Positions 50,641 to 64,000 of a stretch of DNA of 64,000 bases are shown piece by piece (within the stretch, counting starts at the first letter, position 1; the number at the start of each line of letters is the position of its first letter). A model generated the notes under the pieces. It was given only the letters and a program-made list of their open reading frames with translations, did not search any database and was not told where the DNA came from. The position numbers and the translations under genes were made by a program. Source of the stretch: Isurus oxyrinchus (Eukaryota); the NCBI GenBank assembly GCA_026770705.1, contig JANJGN010000039.1:7874001-7938000 (forward strand). The letters are read 5' to 3'.

Positions 50641-53600
50641 CTGTAAGAGAGGGATAGAGAGAGCAAGAGATAGACGACACAGATGAACATGATTAATTTC
50701 TTCCCGTTGCAGCACAGGACATTGCACTTGACCAAAATATGCACAGACTGCTTTCCGAGGTTAGCATGTTCTAAATGTTATCTGGACCTAGTGAAAGTAG
50801 ATAGAATAGGGAAACATCAATTTATGATTCGTCTTTTGAAAGGAACCTCTTCAACGTAAACTGGACAACTAATGATCAATAACGATTGAGATTGTTGAGG
50901 CCGAATGTGACCTGGACAATTTGAATGCAAACAAACAGCTGGGCATCGTGAATATTAAAAGGTAAATGAGAGGTGTAAAGAGTCAATTAACTTGTGTTGG
51001 CACAATGTGAAGTGAGAAGTGAATGGGCAAAATAGAATCTGGGCCATGTAGAGTTATACTCTGCAAGAGGTAGTGGTGCAATGCGTGTTGGGTGGTCTAT
51101 AAATGTGAATACGTAATTGGAAGGATTACTGTGCTGCAGGACTTACAGCTTGAAGGTAAAACATTGCCCAGTGGCACGAACATACTCTGAACGCTTGCGA
51201 TGGTAAAGATGGAATGATAAACACAGAGGAACACGCAATGGTCACTGAGCTACAAAAAAAGACCAGCATAGATTCCCAGGGAGAAGTTTTATTCGGAGAT
51301 AAGAGCTGATCAGTCATGTGTTTTAAGTCACATTATGTAACGTGAGATTGATTTGCTGGCTGGGCTTTGTGCACGATTATTTCAGGTGAATGCATCGCTA
51401 ATGTATTGCAGAAAGAATGAAGCAACATTGGTATGCAGAATGGGTGCAGTCAGTGCTGATCAAGAGGCCAGTTTATTAGCGGACTGGGAACGGAGATATT
51501 ACAATGAGATTGAGTGGGCAATATCTATTGGCCATAGGGGCACATATCTTGCAAATCAAAGTGAATGAGCAATTCAAAGATGCGATTCTAGTGAGGTTAT
51601 AACTACCGAGTAGACAGGACAGAGTTCCCATTATTTGAACGGTTGCAGAACTAATCACTTTGTTGCCGTAAGGGCAGTAGGGAGTCGATTGTGTCTCAAT
51701 GACAACATGCGTGATTTGAAAGGTGAAGCTTAAAATTGATTTTTTGGGGGGGCACCAAGTGCATAAAATTGCAATAAAGATTTACTATGATGGGCACAAG
51801 GATTTGAGCCTGTAGACTAACATATGTTCAAAAAAGTGAAATTACGAATTGTCGATTACCTGCCAATAAAGATCTAACTCCTAATACACTCATGTTTAAA
51901 TTAATATCGTCTACAGCTTGATTCACTTCAAATTGGCCAGGCTCGTAAAACGCATGAACCTTTGCATTATTTGTTAAAATGCATGTTTCTTTTTTTTCAA
52001 AATGCAGGAACCTTTTCCGAGAATTAGCGAAGTTATTCAATGCTGCATTGTTATACAGAAGATTAACTTCAGTCATTTATACCGATTGCTGATCAAGTTA
52101 AAGGATCTATATAAGTCAAGCGAAATTGACGTGAGCCTCAGGTAATCACGGTTGCATTATGATTTCTGTTGTTTACTTACTAATGTCCCATTTGCATTTT
52201 GAAGAAGAGGCTTTCTAAGTGAATATCACTGAACTAATGTGTAACTGCCAGGTATGTAATAACGTGATGTGCACGTTTATTAAATTATTTCCTGAATTTC
52301 AAAGCAAGTTAAATATCTCTAGCCTGAATTATTATCGGAAGTAAATAATCGGCTCGCTGCTGAAATTTTGTTTGTAGTTCTGATGGTGATGCAAAAGGAC
52401 AGGATGTCATGGCTCTGGCAACGGTGCAGAACAGCTTTCCGACTGAAATCTCCAGTCAGATTCGGCAGGCACAGATTAGGGAATGGAAAATGCACATTCT
52501 CAAAATTAGGGGATGAGTAGATAGAGAGTTATTTCAAGTACCAACTGGTTTCATGGCTATGCAACATGGTGTAGTCGGAAAGTAGATTTTTCGCGAACTT
52601 GAACTTAGGGAAACAACAATGCATTGAACATCTATAAACGGGGTGGTGAAGTAACATTTTGCATCATATTATTTCAGTAAGTTGTCGCTTTATGTTTCAG
52701 ATGAACTTTGAATGAAGTAAGGCGAATGAGTCGGATAAAGCTTTTTTAAAATTTTTGGATCTGATTAAAAGCTGGCAAGCTTTGACCACACAAACAAAGA
52801 AAATATCTATTTGCGTTACATACACAGCCCAGTTGGAAGCCTCCGATTCGCAAGTCTCTAACTCGAATGCAAGCGTCAAGCATTGAACGTCTTAATGGAG
52901 CTGTCAAAGCTAATCACAATCAGCCGTGAAAACGCCAGGCAATGGATAAAAATTAAAGTTTGATTTTCCGTGAACCATGTAGGATTCACTGGAAAAGCTG
53001 GAAGCATTATTAATCAAAGCTAATTTCACACAATTGCATCTTAAAATAAATGTCAAAAATGAAAATTGACCTTCATTTACCCGATAACTATTATGACTTG
53101 AGCAAACCATATATATATATATATATTCCTACAACGACATGAAATTAAACTGGGAGACATAATTATCCGTGTGCTATTGTGAATTATACAAAGACTGTTA
53201 GCCAATTTATCAGCACTTGAAACAGTACCGGCCAGCACTGTAAATAAGGAAACAGCTTAAAAACATTGTAACTGAAACAATTATATAATGAAGCAGCCAA
53301 TATTTGAACTCATTAATTATCAAAACTACTATCCAATAAATAATCAGTATACTTGCAGAATTTTCCTCCGAATTAAACGTTGAAATGCCCCAGGAATGAA
53401 CCCACCCAAATATCTGCCCAATGAAATAGTGACGTGTCCAAACCATTATCCACTACTTAGCTAACAAATTAAGTATACAGTCATCAAATATATTATCAAC
53501 ATTATTTCCTGCTAAATAAATTGGAGAAATGAACATGTATATATGCGACAGAATTACCCATTGCTCTCTGGAACTGCAATCTTCTTCTGACCTGTTAATG

Positions 53601-56600
53601 ATTTGCTGTTTGGGAAAAGGAACATGCAGCAGGTGCAGTGCACTTTGAAAAATGTGCCTCTTGATGTCGTTACTACAAACACCCGAGTCTCAGGAACTGC
53701 GGAGTTTCCTCCACCGTCCCAACTTTAACAGCAAATCGCAAAGTAATTACAAGATAACAATTTTCTATCGCATCTTTTGCATGCAAAACAGTTCCTGAAG
53801 GGCTAATTCATTTCAGTGAATTTGTGAATGTTGTGGCGAACGCACCAGAGAGTGTGATCCACTGAATTGTGTTCGTGGTTATGGCACATTGCTGCAGGCT
53901 CCATAGCAGCAGTTACATTAGAAAAGTGAGACAAATCCGTTGGTGCATTTTCAAAACGCAAATCGTGATTTAAAATCATAAAGAAATATTACATTAAGTA
54001 GACAGCGGCCTGGATTATACAATTATCGGCAGCGTGAGATGGAGAAATGTAAAATTAGCCGTTTTCCTATTCACCCTCCCTTAGACCACCTCCCCTTCCA
54101 CAAGTTATTTAAGTTCCCAAGGGAAGGAGGCATCGAGTGATGCAAAATGGGGTCCGCGTCCAATCGGCAGTGAAAGCCTGAACATTGTGCGGCAGAATGG
54201 AATGCTGTGAACAGAAAGTCGTTATAACTGAAAGCTCAAGACCACCTGCTCTCAGAAACTGTTTTTCCAAAAATATTTTTCATTGTAAGTTCAGGCAAGA
54301 AACAAAAAAGTGAAAAGTAAACATGAACGCGCTGTCACGTTCCCCAGCACAATCTGTTGCCACATTTAATCATGGTCCCGGGGCCTCTGTTCCGCAGGAT
54401 GGTTGTCTGATGGTAGGTGCCCAGGAACATTTTTTTTTCTCCCGTCTGGGCCACGGTTATTGCAAAGCACGAATCAAGAAATCATACCATTGTGTCTCTC
54501 ACAAACTCAATAACTTGCTAATTAGTAACTTTTAAAAGGTGGGCCCACCCGTTCTACATCTGCAACTGGGAGAGTCTTGTACCTGACGTCATTATACCCG
54601 ATGCATGTCATTGATCGTCGTGCGTATTCGGCATTTTTGAAGTGGGTGTAAGTTGGGGAGTGGGGGTTTTGGGCGGTGAGGTGAAGGGGGTGCGATTTTC
54701 AGACGAAAATTCCAGCCAATCTTTTTGGTTAAATATGTAATATTCAGGAGTGAATTCGAAATATGCGTTCTCCGTTAGGGGCCAGTGTTCTCCGAAATAA
54801 TCTACATTTAAACATGCATTTTGTAGTTAATCTTTGTTGAGCCGGACAATAGAAATAGCCAAAGCCGCGATTTCAATAGCAAAAAGACATCAATATTCAT
54901 AGATTCGTCATCATGCAACATTTTATTTCCTTTGATCATTTGTCAAGATTAGCACTTTTATTTCCGTTTGCTCTAACTCTTCCTGAAAATAAGGGTTTTA
55001 TAGTGCTGCAGTCCATGTGAAGCAGGTGCAGACAAAACGCTGCGAGCGATTGATTTCCAGGTTTTTGATCCAGTGACAATAAAGGAACGGTGATGTATCT
55101 GTAAGTCAGCTTGGTGCTTGACTCGGAAAGGATTTTTTAATTAATAGTGTTCCCATGCCTCTTCTGCTGTTGCCCTTCCAGGATTTTGAGGTCAAATGCA
55201 CAAATGAAGGAACGTTGCTGACATCTGCCCTATGTACAAAACAGCAGCAATCAAAGCTAACAACAGGGCTTAACCTGGTAAATTTCAAGCCCGGGGCTAC
55301 TTGCAAGCAAAACAGCGTAGTCAGCACGAGAAAGACAGGGCTCATTGATCCCCCTACCAAATAACGATAGCTCAGCTCTGAGGTCCTGTCACAATCACCT
55401 TTAATGGTGGTGGAAAATTCTGCACCTCACTTGTTCTCCACCAATATCCCCATCGACAATGAATGTGGAGCGCAGCACACCAGTGCATATACATGGCAGA
55501 AGAATTTGCAGCCACATTCACCCTGAAGTGACGGGTGGATGAACCATCCGGCCTCCTCTTACGGATGACAAGCATCACAGATGCCAGTCTTCATACGATG
55601 TGATTCTCAGCACTCGGATTTAAGGAATGACTGAAGGAACTGGATGATGAAGAGGGTATGGGTCCGTTTAGATAATGCCAATAGTACGGGAGATCACTGC
55701 TGCTGAATAAGCCTTCCTATCGATGCTGGTATGGTGCATCTAAACCTTTGGCCTCTATGCTGAATTTTGAGAATTTTCACAGGTATGCCTATCCACAAAT
55801 AATCACGACAAATCCAACCAATCTAAGGACAGCCCCATCAGCCTACATTTCATCAGGATCAATGTGATGAAAAGCATCATAGAAAATGCTTTCAATTGCC
55901 AAATACTCAGCAGCAAACTGCTCACTGACGCTCACTTTTTGCTTCGTGCGAGCTCCAACTCTCGGTTCGGCCTGCCTCCAAACATGTACACAGGTGCTTT
56001 ACTTATGAAATGAGGAGAGAGTGGCTGTGAATTATTACAGTACATCAGTTATCACACTGTGGTATCAAGGATGGGTATGAGAATTGTGGTCAATAAGAAC
56101 AAGGGGCAACTTCCCTACTGAGTGAACTCATACAAAGCAAAAAGGATTATTTTTTCATTTTTATTTTCTTTTGCAGGTGCATCATCTCAGCCCTATGAGA
56201 TAACTGGACGACAGACTAAGGGCAGTGTCCTGAAACCTCCCATCTTAAGCTGCTGCATCAATTATGTTCTCTCCATTTGAAACACAGTAGGAGGCTGGTG
56301 TAGTCGGGAGGGTGTGGGAAAGTGGGGGGAGGTTATATCCGCTGAAAATTGTTCAAAGTTCTGCACCGTTCACGACTCAACAGATGCTGATCAAATCCGT
56401 GCCCATGTGCATCAAGTCCTGGGCAACAGCCAGACTTGTGCTGAAAATGACAAGTAATATTCGCCCCCCAAAATTGACAGGAAATGACCATCTGCACCAA
56501 AAGAACATCCAACAAAATAACCTTGACATTTACTCGCCTTACCATCGCTTAAGCCCCCGTTTTCAATATCCTTTGACAAGCCATTGACAAGAATCTGTGA

Positions 56601-59405
56601 CTCGAAGGGCAGGTCAAAATCTGAAAATGCAGTGGTTAGCAATGCAACTCCTGGCTCTCCAAAACCTTTCCTCCATCTAAAATGCACAAATCAGGAATGT
56701 GATGAGATATACTACACCTGTCCAGATAATTTACGCTCCAGTAGAATTCAAGGATATTGACTTAACCCAGGACAAAGCAGAGTGCTTGACTTGCAATTAT
56801 TCCATAAATTTAATTATTTCAGCTGTTTATCCTCATCTGAATAACTCATCTCCCTGCTTTTAAAGTTCATACGAATCATCAGCAAACATCTGAGTGAAAT
56901 TATCTTATCTAAAACGTAATATATCCACCCAATTTCTCAGTACGCTCAATTCTATTACTGCTTTCCTAAATACCATTTTGCACCACTTTCAGCGTGCACC
57001 ATTTTTAATATCCTTCAGTACACCTGGTACTTAAGTGACATCTCGTGACATTACGTAACACATGGGCAATGAATGTCCCCTTCTGCTGACCAGCTCCCTT
57101 TCACCTCAGCAGATGAATCAATGATCATCAATGGCCGACGTTTTAGGGAGAGATAAGAAAAAAATGCTTTCCATCGGAGACCTGGAAGTCTGTGAGCAAG
57201 AGAGGATCGGTAGCATCAATAATGTCCGAGCTGGCAGAGTCATAAAGATAAATGCTAGACTAGGTCTTTGGCAGGTGGTCTGGGAACCAACCAGGTGCAA
57301 AATTCTAAGTGAATTCGCTCCACAAACCTACCACCACAGCTGCATCAGTCCTCTTAGGAATTGATATGAAGGACCACCACACGGCCTTGTACAGAGGAAT
57401 TCCGCCTTCACAATGGGGCTTCCCTCCATCGTATTGTGTGAGACAACCATTGTGCTATATTGGGTAGATTTCAACTGGATTAACAACTCAAAAGTGGGCA
57501 TTCACAAGGCACTGTGGTCCAATAGCTGCAGCTGATATGGGCACAACCGTAATTTGTAACACTAAGCCCAGTCTATCCCCCAACTCTGCAATTTTCATCT
57601 GGACTGTTTATGGTGATGTTTCTGATGCCAGTCAATCATTCTACTTTGCTCCTTTAGGGTAGCTCTGCGAGAAGGAATGTTCAACAAATTACTTATCACA
57701 TTACGGGGATTTAGTTGGGATTGTCCTCTTTGGTGACAGTGACGAGAATAATCCTCGCCTTTCTGGTGCATTGGCAAATGAAAAGTGATTTCACTGAAGC
57801 ATTCACCCTTTTTAAAAGTTTCGGTATTGTCGATATTGGATGGATCATTCCGCTGGCTGGTGTGTCTAAAAGTAGGAAAAGCAATATCAGAATAAGGGGA
57901 CTGCATTTGAGATTATGATGAGAAATAATCTCATCACTGAGGGAGGGGTAAATGTTCGAAATTATGTACTGCAACCGCGGCGGATGGGCAGACATTGAGT
58001 ATGTTGAAGGTGCCGATGAACCAATTTCTCTGTATTAAGCGCATCCAAAAATATGAGATAGCGCATGGAATATCGTGGAGACATTATTTCAGCCATGATA
58101 GACTTGAATAGTGGAGCACAATCGTGCGGCCAAATGATCAATTTCTACTGGTACTTCCTGTGCTCTTATGTCCTTCTGTCAGCGCCACCATGTAACGTGG
58201 AAATTTGAGTTTTCCAAAGCCACGGTGGATTCGGACATTATTTAGTATCAATCCACTGCAATTCTCAATGTTAGTAAGTAAGGTTCAGAAGCAGGGTTCA
58301 CAGCAGCAGGAAGTGTAGGGCTAGAAATTGAAATGAGCAGAATAATGAGAACCATATAGCTACCCAGGGAGCATAGCGGTTCCAAAATCGGATCACTTAT
58401 GGCTCAGGTAACCATCTGCGTGCTGAGATATTTGTTTCAATACTTATGTCCGGCTTCAGTTCTTGAGGACAAAAGTCTCAGCTAATGCACCTTTGCCATA
58501 GTCAAGTTGTTCTGTACTATCGGATGTAATAAATTTCAGAACAGATGTCAAACCGTTTCACAGGGTAAACGTCAAAGATTCCATACCCCTATGTCGAAGA
58601 TCGAGATTGTCGTGACCCCTTGTGTCCCGACCACTATTTACACGTCTATTAAAGCCCACAATACGGATAAATTGGTCATTGTCATCTTGCTGCTTGTGGA
58701 AGCTTCCCGACCACAAATTGCCTGTCCCCTTCAGTGACTACACTACATGGAAATTCATTAAGGTGGTCGATAAATGAGGATGTAGAAATGCATGTATTTC
58801 AATAGACAAGTGACTAAGACATCGGAATGTCTTCAGCACACAGGGTAATCTGTTTCAGCCAGACTTCCAGATATCCTCTCTGTATACAGATTTGTAAAAG
58901 TATCGCTGTGGTAATAAGTATGTGATTTGACAGGGATTCAGTTCCTTTAAATATTGGTAAATGCATGAAAACCATTGGCAACGGCTTCAAGAATTTCAAG
59001 CAGAATTTTGCAGAATGCGAATTTGCTTCTGCACAGATTTTCACAGATTATGTTTTCTACAAGTTCATACTCTGTTTGCACTTGATAATGATAGTTATTG
59101 CAGAGCCCACCCTGTTACATGACATTCCGTAAAGCAAGAATAAGGTGTCAGCAGTGGAGACCACGGAGTTTAAGATAGAGCAACAGGAAGAAATCTGTTA
59201 ACGTTGTGGTTAAACATACATCCCTCCTTTGATGACTCCCCAACAGTACAGAAACAAATCGATGAAATCGAACAGGCGTTTGAGAAGAACGTGAACATCC
59301 ATTTATTCGGCTAAAGATTGCATTTAGGCTCTTACCAGGAACACCAATGGCCGCGAGAATAGGATAGTAAATGGCTTCTATCTGCCGAAGTATCAGTTCT
59401 CCCAT
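49787..59405 (-). CDS. GPR139-like rhodopsin-class GPCR, 307 aa; complement(join(49787..50640,59336..59405))
   Basis: The 70-nt exon MGELILRQIEAIYYPILAAIGVP|GTAAG is followed by an 8695-nt phase-1 intron and a ctctcttacAG acceptor. The 854-nt exon has ASDLLV, SVWLTVVFTFDHFVAIC, IPW, PCVPF, LLW and NAFIY..RFREEL. The YY..L..G.P|xN start, SVWLTV and the missing NPxxY proline resemble GPR139/142. True orthology was not established. Confidence 0.88.
55200..57600 (+). mobile_element. Rearranged old LINE remnants in the intron of GPCR copy 2
   Basis: Mirror of 25590-27900, e.g. GACCACCTGCCAAAGACC at 25867 vs the reverse complement at 57263. Confidence 0.7.
58400..58800 (+). mobile_element. Deu-type SINE, degraded
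   Basis: The core TGGTCATTGTCATCTTGCTGCTTGTGGAAGCTT...CAAATTG...CAGTGACTACACT. Confidence 0.6.
59336..59405 (-). CDS. GPCR copy 2, first coding exon
   Basis: ATG at 59405 and donor GTAAG at 59335. 21/23 aa identical to 22119-22188. Confidence 0.9.
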
Positions 59406-60039
59406 CTTTATGTGGAGATGTCTTCCCTGCAGAGATGGATGCACAAGGTGGAATAAAGGTGTGAGCTGAAACGTAGAAATCCGCTTCCTCTTTAAATTTA
59501 ATTGAGGGAAATAAGAGAAAAGTGTTAAAATCGCAGGAGATTTGGAAGGAGATGTCACATCAATTAATCAAGACCACCAGGGTAAAACTAGCAGGACAGC
59601 ATTCGTAGCAGGGAACAGACAAAAGCTGTTACCTTTCGCTAAAATTAAGCCCTTTAGTTAACTAATCCAACCCACGGCCGCTACGATCCAGAAAGACAAA
59701 GGCAACAAGAACATGGGAACGAAATTAGCTGAACGTCCCTCTCCACGCCACTCATCATCCTGGTTCAGAAAAATATCGCCGTTCCTTCAATGTGTCTGTA
59801 TCAAATCAATGGAACCCGATCCCCCACCGCCCACACCCCCCCTCCCCACCCCGCCACATCCACCGCCTCCACAAAAAAAAATACCGTGGATGTAACTACA
59901 CCATAAAGACTGCAGCAGCTCACCACCTACTTCACAAGGGGAGTTAGAGATGGGCAATAAATGCCAGCGTTACCCTAATCCATGAATGGAAAGAAGGATA
60001 GAAATTTATACACTTAGTCGGAGAGTATTTTAAACGTAC

Positions 60040-60231
60040 ATCGGTAAATGAGAGCTTCGAGAATGGGTTTGTAAATGGCCCGTATCTGATGAAGTACAAC
60101 CAATTATATTCTCAGTGAGAAGCGCGAACTCCTGTTGAAACAGATGCACTGAGCCTGTTGGGAAACATGAAATGTGGCAATCAGAGAAACTATTATGTTC
60201 ACAAGAGATAAATCCCCATGAGCGTATTCCC
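60040..60231 (-). other. Putative non-coding 5'UTR exon of GPCR copy 2
   Basis: tttctttAG acceptor and GTACGT donor, at positions homologous to 21329-21524. Confidence 0.45.
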
Positions 60232-63200
60232 CTAAAGAAATTATTTAGTTTCAATCTTGAACAAACATGTTTCGTCAGTCGCTCTCTTTCTGAAAGGAAC
60301 CATTTCGAAGTGAAACGTCAAACATTGAAATGTTCGGTCAATACAATTGAAGGGGCTATATTTTAAAGAGCAACGGGTAGATCCCATAGTGGATAGTCAC
60401 AGCGGGAAACGATGACCCACAGAGCGTTGTTGGTAATCAAATCGTTACTAATTTAGATCAAAATGATTCATGGAAACTCAATCGGCCTGAACTGCCAGGA
60501 GAAGTAGTGGGAAAGTTCCGTATGTTAACCACCGTTTGGTGATTCGGAACCCATTCTATATTCCAACCGAGCACATGTCTGATGGAGGTCTTTGTCATTT
60601 AATCTTCCAGGGGGCACTCATACGCTGCACAGATCTTCCCGTAGATTGCTCTGGCAATGACAGTCCCATCAGTGACTTGAACTACATTCTGTGTCGTTGC
60701 ACGTAATTTTGCACCATTCTGCCTGGAAATTATAAACACAACCACAGGACCAGGAAGGTTTGTGTTGGTGGTAACCTGATGCGCAATAGAAAGCGTATGG
60801 AGAAGGCTTTTGTTTCCTCAACCAAAATATGTAAAAATAATGCGTTCAAGTCAATCCGAACCCACACATCCTCAGTAACGATTCCCCACGCCATGCTCAC
60901 CCAATCACATACTCCATCCAGCTTGAAATGAATGAAAAACAATGTTTTGAAGAAAACAATGGGATGTCGAGAGTACATCGTTGTGAGTGTATTCCATGCT
61001 TAACATTTAACTCCTGGCCCTCAAATGTCTTCAGCAGATAATCATTAGCAGATGGATGCAGTGATTATAATGTCCCAGAATCGAGGGTGCCTCCATCTTT
61101 GGTGTGGGGCGCATTTCAAGCACGCACCAAAAACAGAATAGTTAAGATCAGTAGGTCATTTGGCCCATTGAGCCTGTTCTGCAAGTCGGAAAGCTCATGG
61201 TTTATCTGATGGTGGCCTCAGTCCCGGTCTCGTGCCTGCTCTCCCCCAACCAACGCCGTACACCGCCCCCGTCCGCCACCTCCGTCACATCACACACTTA
61301 TATCCTCATGACCCTAGTCTCCAGTATTGGTCAATAAACTATCCAACACAGCCATGAATATGTGACAGCCCTGAACAGATGATCAGTGTCATTCGCTCTT
61401 TGATGATGGCGTCATAATCAGAGCAATGCAAAGTCACTGATAAGTGTGAACTCGTTTCATGTCACTTGCGGTACCAAATAAGACTGCTTAACAGCTCCAG
61501 CTCTGGTTTTCATACATTTGTCGGTCATTCGCCAGGCATGCATTCAAAGAGCTTGACAAAGGATTACACATACATTTCAGGACCACAGGCAGCCTTTTCA
61601 AAGAGCCAAAATTAAATCCTTGCACAGAGGAAAGCTACAAGCGGATGCCTTATTCACGGACCAATGCGCACTCATAGCTCAGGATCAGGAGACATTCAGC
61701 TGATTGCTGAGCGCTTTGCTGCAAACTCAGAATGTTTTCCATTGACAATATATCTGAAGATAGAGATGCAGTATCAAACCGTTGCTGTTCACGTGCTCCA
61801 AGATGCCACAGCCGCTTTGAACAATGTACTCCTCTGTTCTTTACGGTGCACTCCAAGGGCACTAACTGGATGGGCAAATTACCCATCGCCTGACATAAAC
61901 AAGCTCGGCACTTGGCAGGCTTCACTCACTGACTTCTGCAAAGAAAACAAGGAATTTCCTTCAGATGGAAGATCAAGTCGTTCCAGGCAATGTTTTTTTA
62001 TATCACTTTCATATCAGTGCGAAACTTGCATAAACTTTTGGCCTCTTAGAAAGCTAATGAAAACTTTCCAACTTCGCTGTCCATGAACCATTTCCAACGG
62101 TTGTTGGCAGGACCAAATCCGCTAAACCGATAATCTTGTAAAGTGCTGCATGCCTGACATTGAAAATATGTTCATTACAGCCCTGGTTGCCTGCGTAGGT
62201 CATGCGGTTCATCTGGAAAATGCCTACATAATAATACGCCACACTCAGTGAGCACAGGAAGCTGCACTACAGAATGTCTGAAATCTCAAAGCCAAACTCA
62301 GAGATTGCAAGCTGGATCCCAGTACATGAGGTCCTGACACCACCTTGTTAAAAGCAACCTGGTGTGCCTGCACCATATGAAGCATACACTCTGCCACCCT
62401 TTGAGGGTCTGTGTGTCACTTTGCGAGTCTCACTCAGCAGCGAGAATATCCTATGCATATCCAACTTCATTCTATTCTACCCGAATACTTAAGATTCTTA
62501 AGCAATGGGAACAATGCTTCTGGCTTCTCTTCTGCAAACCAATTTTAGCTTGTACCTGGTATTTTCATTCTTCTCCAGGTGCAGAGTGTTCCCGACTGTC
62601 CTGCAACGAATTCCCGATCACATGGGCCCAATCCTTACAAATGGACTCCTCAGGCTATTCTTCCATCCGGTCAGCATTCACTTTCTGGCTCCTGCCTAAT
62701 GCTGATGCTGGACCCATTGGAGCCCAACTGAAAAGTGTGGCCAAATGCGATTACAGATCATACCTCCTCTTTGTCATCTCCTTTAAGATACATGAAAACT
62801 TTTTACTTTTAAAGAGAAGCCAATTCAAAAACATCTTATCAATATTCCAATAATACATACCTATCAAGAAATTTCATCACTAACATTATGTAAAGTAGAA
62901 ATGCCAACTTAAGCAACAAAAATTACACAAATGTATCAATGCGGTGTTTCCTAAAAAGGTTAGAACATTATTTACCTTTCGATATGCCTGGTTTTGCTCT
63001 TGAAACTCTCTCCTGCATTCTTCAGTGAGTCAGGCTTGATCCCTTGCCTTCAAGGTTATGGTGTTGTCAGGAATATGCCAGGCCAAGTCCTTGCAGGTTG
63101 CGTTTGAATTTAATGTTACTGCTGCAGATGACCCAGAATTCCTTGTGCAAGTTGAGATTTGTACTGTCTGGTCTGTTCTGAATCCATCCCATTGAAATAA

Positions 63201-63629
63201 ATGAGTGCAAGTGAACACAACGGAGCGTGTCTTCATTGAGAAGACAGTATCCCGTCGTCACAAGGTCACAAAACGTCAGGGACAGATGCAACAGCAGCAG
63301 GTATATTAGTGAGGATGATGTTGAGTAGAAAGTTCCTTCATGTTGGTTCATCTGCCTCAGGCCTATTCTGGCTTTCAAGGCTCGGTCTCCCTGGTCTGTA
63401 ACAGTGACCCTGAGCCACTGTAGGTGAAGAACATGCAGACCCAAAGCAGAGAACCTTATGTGCCGTTGATAAGCACAGTATTTCTTCCATGTGGTGCTTA
63501 ACATGGAGAACTAAACACTGGTCAAATTCTGGAAAGTGGTATGTGGGAGTCAGCTGGAGTTTCCCTTCCCTTGTGTTCCCACCTGTCATGAGATATCAGA
63601 GACAATGGATCAATGCTGCACACTCAAAG

Positions 63630-64000
63630 GACAAAGAACAAAGAACAAAGAAAAGTACAGCACAGCAACAGGCACTTCGGCCATCCCAGCCTGCGCTGAT
63701 CATATAGCCCGTCAACTAAAAAATTTTTCACCTCCAGGGTCCGAATATCTATATTTCCATCCTATTCATGTATTTGTCAAGCTGCCTCTTTAACACCACT
63801 ATCGTACCTACTTCCACCAACTCCTCTGGCAGCAAATTCCAGACACTCACTACCCTCTGTGTAAAAAAACTTGCCCCGCACATCTCATTTGTAGTATTCT
63901 CTTCACACCTTAAATCGAAGTCCCCTAGTAATTGACTCTTCCACCCCGGGAAAAAGCTTCTGACTATCTACTTTGTCCAAGCCAGTCATAATTTTGTACA
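63630..64000 (-). mobile_element. CR1 LINE 3' end running off the window
   Basis: (ACAAAGA)n tail followed by a CR1 3'UTR and RT-end sequence. Confidence 0.8.

Larger units (their letters stand above)
47160..61000 (-). repeat. Right arm of the inverted segmental duplication
   Basis: Reverse-complement counterpart of 20490-35360, including gene, intron, flanks and shared TE insertions. Confidence 0.9.

Noticed and set aside
49787-50680. Single-exon 297-aa GPCR starting MSSISCSLY as in the ORF track
   Set aside because: The first 13 codons are the intron's polypyrimidine tract and the start is GTG. The real N-terminus is the exon at 59336-59405.
62362-63589. Several 70-160 aa ORFs at the right end
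   Set aside because: No recognisable motifs or consistent splice structure. Possibly a very old L1/Tx1-like remnant (KDLAW), too weak to call.

Overview
Eukaryotic, repeat-rich vertebrate DNA, most likely from a cartilaginous fish (shark). That is inferred from the CR1, Penelope and Deu-type SINE landscape and from the GPR139-like receptors. The supplied ORF track uses alternative starts and ignores splicing, so most of its ORFs are spurious or transposon debris. Reading splice sites directly gives three gene models. (1) A + strand multi-exon gene of unknown family at about 5.9-15.3 kb. It is built from four symmetric phase-1 exons (123/123/135/123 nt), each encoding one copy of a roughly 40-aa helical repeat. 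Three of the four exons are invisible in the ORF track. (2) A GPR139-like class A GPCR pseudogene on + (22119-32658) with a dead splice acceptor, a nonsense codon and two frameshifts. (3) Its open-frame paralogue on - (49787-59405, 307 aa), which has a DRY->DHF change and a probably truncated tail. The two receptor genes sit tail-to-tail in the arms of an old inverted duplication of about 14-15 kb (about 20.5-35.4 kb vs 47.2-61.0 kb). The rest is CR1 and other LINE fragments, a Penelope-like element, SINEs and minisatellites. Repeat boundaries are approximate and were judged by eye.
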